This document shows positions 61,001 through 64,000 of a DNA stretch of 64,000 bases, in pieces. The notes below the pieces were generated by a model. It did no database searches. It was not told the origin of the DNA and was given only the letters and a program-made list of their open reading frames with translations. The position numbers were made by a program, and so were the translations under genes. The stretch comes from Pavona decussata (taxonomy: Eukaryota), in assembly GCA_977016875.1 (NCBI GenBank), contig CDRNST010000169.1:1612001-1676000 (forward strand). Reading direction: 5' to 3'. Position 1 is the first letter of the stretch. Each line of letters starts with the position of its first letter.

Positions 61001-63025
61001 ACTTACTTCTCCCCCTATTTTGTCATCTAAGTAAATTGCACAGAATGTGTCAGACAGTCAGAGTATTGGCTATTATCGAGGGCCATTTCTGGGAGCTAAG
61101 TTGTTTGGCTACTCCTTCTATATTCATTTATAAACTCGCTGAAAACTAATCCACGCATAAATGACATCTCTAGTATCAAGTCCAGCCCCTCTTTTTACCC
61201 AGTTCTTCACATCCTTGACTTCTGAATTTCCAACTTCCTGCCCCCCAACAGTCACAGTTAAACATTTTAAACATACCTCCTATAATTCTTCCAACAGCAG
61301 ATCTTGCAGAAGCAACAAGAGCAGCAGTTTGAGCTATGAAATAAGAGAGAGAGCACAAGATTCAAAAGTGAACTGCCTAATACCCCTACCTCTAAACCTG
61401 TGTATGAAACTAGATATCATCACTTAGACACGATTGCATAATTTCTTAAAGCATTCAATTCATTCAGTCTGTCACCTGTTTGATAACTGAGTGCAGGGGG
61501 GGGGGGGGAGGTGAGGGGGAGGGAGGGGAGGATGGTGCAATTTTACATCGACTGGCTTTGTTAGTGGGTATGTTTCCTTTATTCTATTCCCCCTTTGAGT
61601 CAAAATAAATTACCCCCATAAGAAAAATAGCTCAAATCACCAACGTCACTCTCCTCTTACAAACAATCCATTTTTAAAACTCACTGTTAAAATGCATGTT
61701 GTGGAGCCGTTAACAGTACGGTATTCGGCCGTTAGGTCATTTGGGATAACGGCCGGGTCTCGATCGTTAAATAGTGGATAATTAAATTTCACCGAACTAG
61801 AAAACGGCCGATTTAAACTGTTCCTATAAGACTTATACCGAACAAGATAATGCCGTAATTCGTGAATATAATAATTTCCCAGTTTTTCGCCAGGTAAGTT
61901 CTTAAGTATCTGATTGCTATGCAATTACACATAACTGAGATAAAAATTTGAATGAAAACTCGAAACTGTATTCAAAGGACCAAGAATACACGGCTGCTTC
62001 TAAATAAATTCAGTATTGTTTGTTTTGACCTGTCACGTCTTGACGAGCATGGTTCGAGCTATCGAGGGTATAAAATTATATAGAAAATGACCTGAAGGGA
62101 AACGAAAATTGCTTCGATTCGAGTTACCGAGGGTAAAATTACAATAAAAGCATGAAGGACACTGGAGAGGAAATCGATTTTGGTTCGAGTAAGCGCGAAG
62201 TTAAGGTCGAGTTCGCGAGAGTTCGAGTTTATCGGGAGTCGACTAATTGTATTTGACTTATTTGAGCTTGACTCAAAACTGGCTCCTACTATGAGTGAAT
62301 GAATTCCTCAGAGCCGAGGCTATTAAAACACTAAGGAATTTGAAACATTTGTACTGTTACAGTTACAACCTATTGGGTTATAGAATAAGCGATCGTATGC
62401 CCTTAAAAATCAATACAAGTACACTGCTTAAATGGAATTCTTTCGTTTTAAAAACACTGAACAAACGGTTACCTCTTCTACTTTCAAATTCCTCCTCCTC
62501 GTCCCGCCGACGCTCGAATTCTTCCAGCTTCTTAAGCAAATCATCGTTATTCGTTGCCCTCAAAATTTCTTTTAAGATATCGAGTCGACCAATTCCTAAA
62601 TTGTTCTGGTTTTCCAGTTCTGTGAACAATGTCCGAACATTACGCACATTTCCTTCGCTTTCCACTGATATTTTCCCTCTGCATATCAAAATAAGCCGTT
62701 CCAGTTCATTGCTTTCGTCGAGTACTTGGCTGGCCTGTTGAAGCAATTCGTTGAATTCCCTTCTTTTGATCTCAAACTTTTTAACATGTTTAAGCAGAGG
62801 CCATTTTTCGACTGCTCTTAAAAGCTCTTTCAAGTGTTCCAGTCGATCAATTCCCAAATTGTTGTGGTCTTCCAGTGCTTTGAATAACGAACGGACATCT
62901 TGGATAGTTTCTTCGTTACCAGGTGCTATCGTCCCCCTGCACAAGAAAACTAAATCACGCACATCCACCTCGCTGAGTCCCCGGCTTATCTTTAAGAGTA
63001 AACCATTGTATTCTATAGTCGACAT
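18623..63025 (-). CDS. Predicted spliced fusion gene: tandem DED - TRADD-N-like - coiled coil - linker - Argonaute (18 exons, ~1408 aa; ~1372 aa if only one of the duplicated linker exons is used)
   Basis: Exons 63025-62473, 61333-61277, 60200-59823, 59230-59015, 57463-57296, 55674-55582, 42072-41965, 40955-40848, 40018-39717, 38063-38007, 36314-36041, 34937-34806, 33265-33091, 27821-27647, 27040-26687, 26215-25424, 23750-23551, 18707-18623. All have GT-AG boundaries and matching phases with no internal stop; total 4227 nt. The junction between the DED half and the AGO half is inferred, not transcript-proven. Confidence 0.72.
18984..23170. mobile_element. 4.2-kb non-autonomous DNA transposon (Kolobok-like) with ~1.3-kb inverted arms, in the last AGO intron
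   Basis: TTAA|GAGCGCCTGTC ... GACAGGCGCTC|TTAA. Arms ~18984-20295 and ~21870-23170 are reverse complements; ORFs 19014-19220(-) and 22994-23233(+) give near-identical peptides. TTAA TSD with RR..YY ends fits Kolobok. Confidence 0.8.
23551..23750 (-). CDS. AGO: Exon 17: PIWI C-terminal part
   Basis: [15 protein letters not shown]...[15 protein letters not shown]; phase-2 donor GG|gtaggg. Confidence 0.96.
24673..24745 (+). mobile_element. tRNA-derived SINE head
   Basis: A-box-like tagctcagtcagtagagca and degenerate B-box actcaaatccc; no intact cloverleaf. Confidence 0.6.
25424..26215 (-). CDS. AGO: Exon 16: MID/PIWI
   Basis: [41 protein letters not shown]|gt. Confidence 0.97.
26687..27040 (-). 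CDS. AGO: Exon 15: L2/MID
   Basis: [28 protein letters not shown]. Confidence 0.95.
27647..27821 (-). CDS. AGO: Exon 14: PAZ/L2 ([23 protein letters not shown]...TARPATERQ)
   Basis: Translated by hand; phase 2 in, phase 0 out. Confidence 0.93.
28941..31805 (-). mobile_element. hAT-superfamily DNA transposon (hAT5/hAT6-like) with degenerate intron-containing transposase (~31118-29307)
   Basis: TIR CAGGGTGTCCA, subterminal aaaatagga repeats, 6-bp TSD TTTTAT. Motifs [38 protein letters not shown]; stops, frameshifts and an internal deletion. Confidence 0.85.
33091..33265 (-). CDS. AGO: Exon 13: PAZ ([22 protein letters not shown]...[14 protein letters not shown])
   Basis: PAZ motifs; phase 1 in, phase 2 out. 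Confidence 0.93.
33953..34385 (-). mobile_element. 3' end of an L2/CR1-group LINE with (TTAC)n tail
   Basis: [38 protein letters not shown], then a simple-repeat tail. Confidence 0.75.
34806..34937 (-). CDS. AGO: Exon 12: AGO L1/PAZ start ([20 protein letters not shown]...RQRFEKAIH)
   Basis: Not in the ORF track; translated by hand. Phase 1-1, AG/GT bounded. Confidence 0.92.
35056..35372. mobile_element. TA-flanked MITE
   Basis: cacttttttt..tataagaac / gttcttatata..aaaaaagagtg inverted ends. Confidence 0.65.
36041..36314 (-). CDS. AGO: Exon 11: AGO N/L1
   Basis: [40 protein letters not shown]; G|gtaag donor. Confidence 0.95.
36770..37330 (+). mobile_element. L2 LINE 3' fragment
   Basis: [47 protein letters not shown]; 3' tgtaaagcgcttaga..taagcgctatataa tail. 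Confidence 0.88.
37335..37836. repeat. Interspersed repeat; a second copy lies at ~48370-48780
   Basis: Near-identical blocks gggaatatccgatgatattccccaagtg...tcagaaaacaacatacgctctaaacg at both loci. Confidence 0.85.
37837..38004. other. Assembly gap (168 N)
   Basis: Run of N starting 2 nt into the intron after exon 10. Confidence 1.
38007..38063 (-). CDS. AGO: Exon 10: AGO N domain ([19 protein letters not shown])
   Basis: Matches the AGO VTLPGE..KDRxFK motif; cag acceptor, GT donor immediately before the N gap. Confidence 0.92.
39499..39685 (+). mobile_element. tRNA-derived SINE; family members also at ~52320-52525(+), ~53100-53312(-), ~55150-55352(+)
   Basis: cagctcccagttggcttgatagctcaattggtagagca..gttcgaatcccgttcaagcctga..caggctttcttttcg shared among copies. 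Confidence 0.8.
39717..40018 (-). CDS. AGO: Exon 9: AGO N domain
   Basis: [35 protein letters not shown]...SRIELPSP; phase-1 acceptor, gtgagt donor. Confidence 0.95.
40848..40955 (-). CDS. Exon 8: Pro-rich linker exon, copy B ([36 protein letters not shown])
   Basis: Near-identical tandem duplicate of exon 7 with intact splice sites; phase 1 matches the AGO N exon acceptor. Confidence 0.75.
41084..41161 (-). pseudogene. Truncated duplicate of the 5' part of the AGO N-domain exon
   Basis: [26 protein letters not shown] copy of 40018-39941 with the acceptor retained; breaks off at the duplication junction. Confidence 0.85.
41965..42072 (-). CDS. Exon 7: Pro-rich linker exon, copy A ([36 protein letters not shown])
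   Basis: tttttgtag acceptor, ACTACAGAAG|gtatg donor, 108 nt, phase 1-1. Confidence 0.7.
43169..44203 (+). CDS. Gypsy gag (likely ATG near 43262)
   Basis: Open 344-aa frame ending in the [14 protein letters not shown] zinc knuckle. Confidence 0.85.
   Translation: MLCLRLMYGKLFLRLVVSLVVLHLVAAVGSVMMEATGKALETNVAQLEANLAKKGETASSSPGTASSPIVLVDHSLRIKPETFSAASGQNWLVWLRKFKNIASLNKWKAELRCQILPAYLKGLAEQTYHSLTAEQTSTWEVLERALTDRFHQKESRQVYISTLRAKLRRPDEDLHQLRWEISRLVELAYPDDPPAILDRTARDFFTGALTPLTLREKVLDLGPNTLDEALAAAQRYESNQKVLSKGSAHVLSSTSEEMDGNSTPHQTTPEPPVWAQQPFQQQAEILEKLKNIPQGRQGRNESVEYPQGLRACFKCGSLNHFICNCPRQVRHDQGNRRRAGRSQK
44140..47848 (+). pseudogene. Gypsy pol (protease, RT, RNase H, integrase) with stops and frameshifts
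   Basis: [62 protein letters not shown] across consecutive ORFs. Confidence 0.92.
52531..54093. repeat. Two inverted copies of one repeat (~52531-53005 and ~53325-54093)
   Basis: ggcttcacactacaagctaagttagtttcaagtaagcacttg at 52531 is mirrored by caagtgcttacttgaaactaacttagcttgtggtgtgaagcc near 54090. Confidence 0.8.
54350..54990 (+). mobile_element. Crypton-like deletion derivative (N-terminal part only)
   Basis: [41 protein letters not shown], typical of the DUF3504-type recombinase N-terminus. Confidence 0.65.
55582..55674 (-). CDS. Exon 6: Pro/Ala linker exon ([31 protein letters not shown])
   Basis: tttttgtag acceptor, ACTACAGAAG|gtatg donor, 93 nt, phase 1-1; homologous to exons 7 and 8. 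Confidence 0.75.
56027..56147. repeat. 52-bp-arm hairpin (one mismatch, 17-nt loop), probable MITE
   Basis: tgtcaaatacttgtgaaatgttcgtggcttgtctgacgcggcgtttcgtctc / gagacgaaacgccgcgtcagactagccacgaacatttcacaagtatttgaca. Confidence 0.9.
57296..57463 (-). CDS. Exon 5: acidic/Ser-rich linker ([56 protein letters not shown])
   Basis: Strong acceptor cttcttttcag, consensus donor G|gtgagt, 168 nt, open in phase 1. Confidence 0.8.
59015..59230 (-). CDS. Exon 4: RRNSDS motif plus predicted coiled coil
   Basis: [16 protein letters not shown]...[25 protein letters not shown] heptads; ttag acceptor, AAG|gtagga donor, phase 1-1. Confidence 0.8.
59823..60200 (-). CDS. Exon 3: TRADD-N-like domain
   Basis: [42 protein letters not shown] resembles the G-S/C-beta strand...L..LW..Y.sG.L pattern of TRADD-like N-terminal domains. 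Acceptor ttttttttag, donor AAG|gtacat, phase 1-1. Confidence 0.75.
61277..61333 (-). CDS. Exon 2 (57 nt, [19 protein letters not shown])
   Basis: Acceptor tctcttatttcatag, donor GAG|gtatgt, phase 1-1, open frame. Confidence 0.75.
62473..63025 (-). CDS. Exon 1: two tandem death-effector domains (DED1, DED2)
   Basis: Internal repeat [37 protein letters not shown] and [37 protein letters not shown] fits the DED pattern. In-frame TGA 36 nt upstream of the ATG; phase-1 donor G|GTAACC at 62472. Confidence 0.88.
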
Positions 63026-63743
63026 CTGGTGAATACCAAAATTCTGTTCCCGTAAGATTCATGAACATCTGAGTTGAAAATCGAGAACTGGCGGAAGCAC
63101 ATTTATGTCACGCTATTATTGTCTGGTTCGATTGGTTGTCTGGACCCACTATGTGGGAGTGGGGCTGGGGAACAAGAGGTTGTTTGCGTTGGGGAGGGTA
63201 AGTGTTCAGCTTCGATACAGACAAAGATCCGGGTTCTCCCGAAAAAGATTTCCGAGTACAAGTTCGGATGCTGAAGCTACGGATTTTTGCTTTTTTCTGG
63301 ACACGATTTCGGATTTTGCCCATTGTTTTGTGCGGATCGTAAGCTTTTACAGATTGTTCCTCGTTAAGGTTGCAAGCACCTGTAAACGCCAGCAACTTGA
63401 GTGTCGTTGATGGAAAAGACTCACTGACCTTTCAAAGCAATGCATGATGATTGTGAACATCACTGGACAAGCTGTCGACCACCGGTGTATGTGCTTATTT
63501 CTTTACATTTTACACTTAGACGACGTTTTTATTTTTACACTTGGACCAGAGTTTTGCATTGATCTTGAAGTCCGTGAACCGCGAGCGCGGTCTGCTATTT
63601 TCCGATGGCAATACAAGTGACAATTGAACAAAAAGTGCAGATAAGCTGCTGAAATTTTTTTATCATGAAACTCCGTCGGTTCCTATTTGCAAGTTCATAG
63701 GAAAAGAGAATCTGCTGAATTTGTTGTTATGAAAGCCATCGAT

Positions 63744-63896
63744 CTGACGAAGGCCTGACTTTCGAAATGTCAACTTAATTTGCATTGTATCTCTTCACCG
63801 TGGCCAATTCACCTTTTGAACTTAGCAGCTAAAACCAAGCATCCGCTTTTACTTCCCCAACGACGCTGCATAACAGTTACTTTAGAAACTAGCCCC
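63744..63896 (+). repeat. Penelope-LTR-like repeat with degenerate minimal hammerhead motif
   Basis: ctgacga-aggcctgactttc-gaaa-tgtc core, followed by a gtggccaattcac..aaaccaa..cagtt..tttagaaact tail. Confidence 0.45.
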
Positions 63897-64000
63897 GTTT
63901 ACACTTTTTGTAATGTCTGCATACAGACAAAAAAACTTTTTCTTTTGGTTTTGAGAAGCAAACTGGTATAATTGCATATTGATGTTCATGTTACCATGTT

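Noticed and set aside
63131-63135. CCAAT box ~105 nt upstream of the DED ATG
   Set aside because: A single 5-mer. The ATG is also preceded by a possible acceptor (ttcaccag), so the promoter could lie further upstream.

Overview
Eukaryotic, repeat-rich genomic window. The repeat repertoire and gene style suggest an anthozoan, probably a stony coral (inference). The main host gene lies on the minus strand from 63025 to 18623. I traced 18 GT-AG exons by hand into one open, phase-consistent frame of about 1,370-1,410 aa. It encodes tandem death-effector domains (DED-DED), a TRADD-N-like domain, a coiled coil and an acidic/Pro-rich linker, joined to a complete AGO-clade Argonaute (N-PAZ-MID-PIWI) with an intact DEDH slicer tetrad. 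The Argonaute exons and linker exons supply no start codon of their own, and homologous linker exons sit on both sides of the TE-filled 13.5-kb intron. The best reading is therefore a death-fold/Argonaute fusion that could couple small-RNA recognition to cell-death or immune signalling; transcript evidence is needed to confirm it. The rest of the window is transposons: a near-intact RTE LINE with an HDV-ribozyme-like 5' fold, a Gypsy element nested in a BEL/Pao element, a hAT element with a 6-bp TSD, Crypton remnants, L2/CR1 and Penelope fragments, tRNA-derived SINEs, many MITEs, and a 4.2-kb TTAA-flanked element with ~1.3-kb inverted arms in the last Argonaute intron. There is one 168-N assembly gap.
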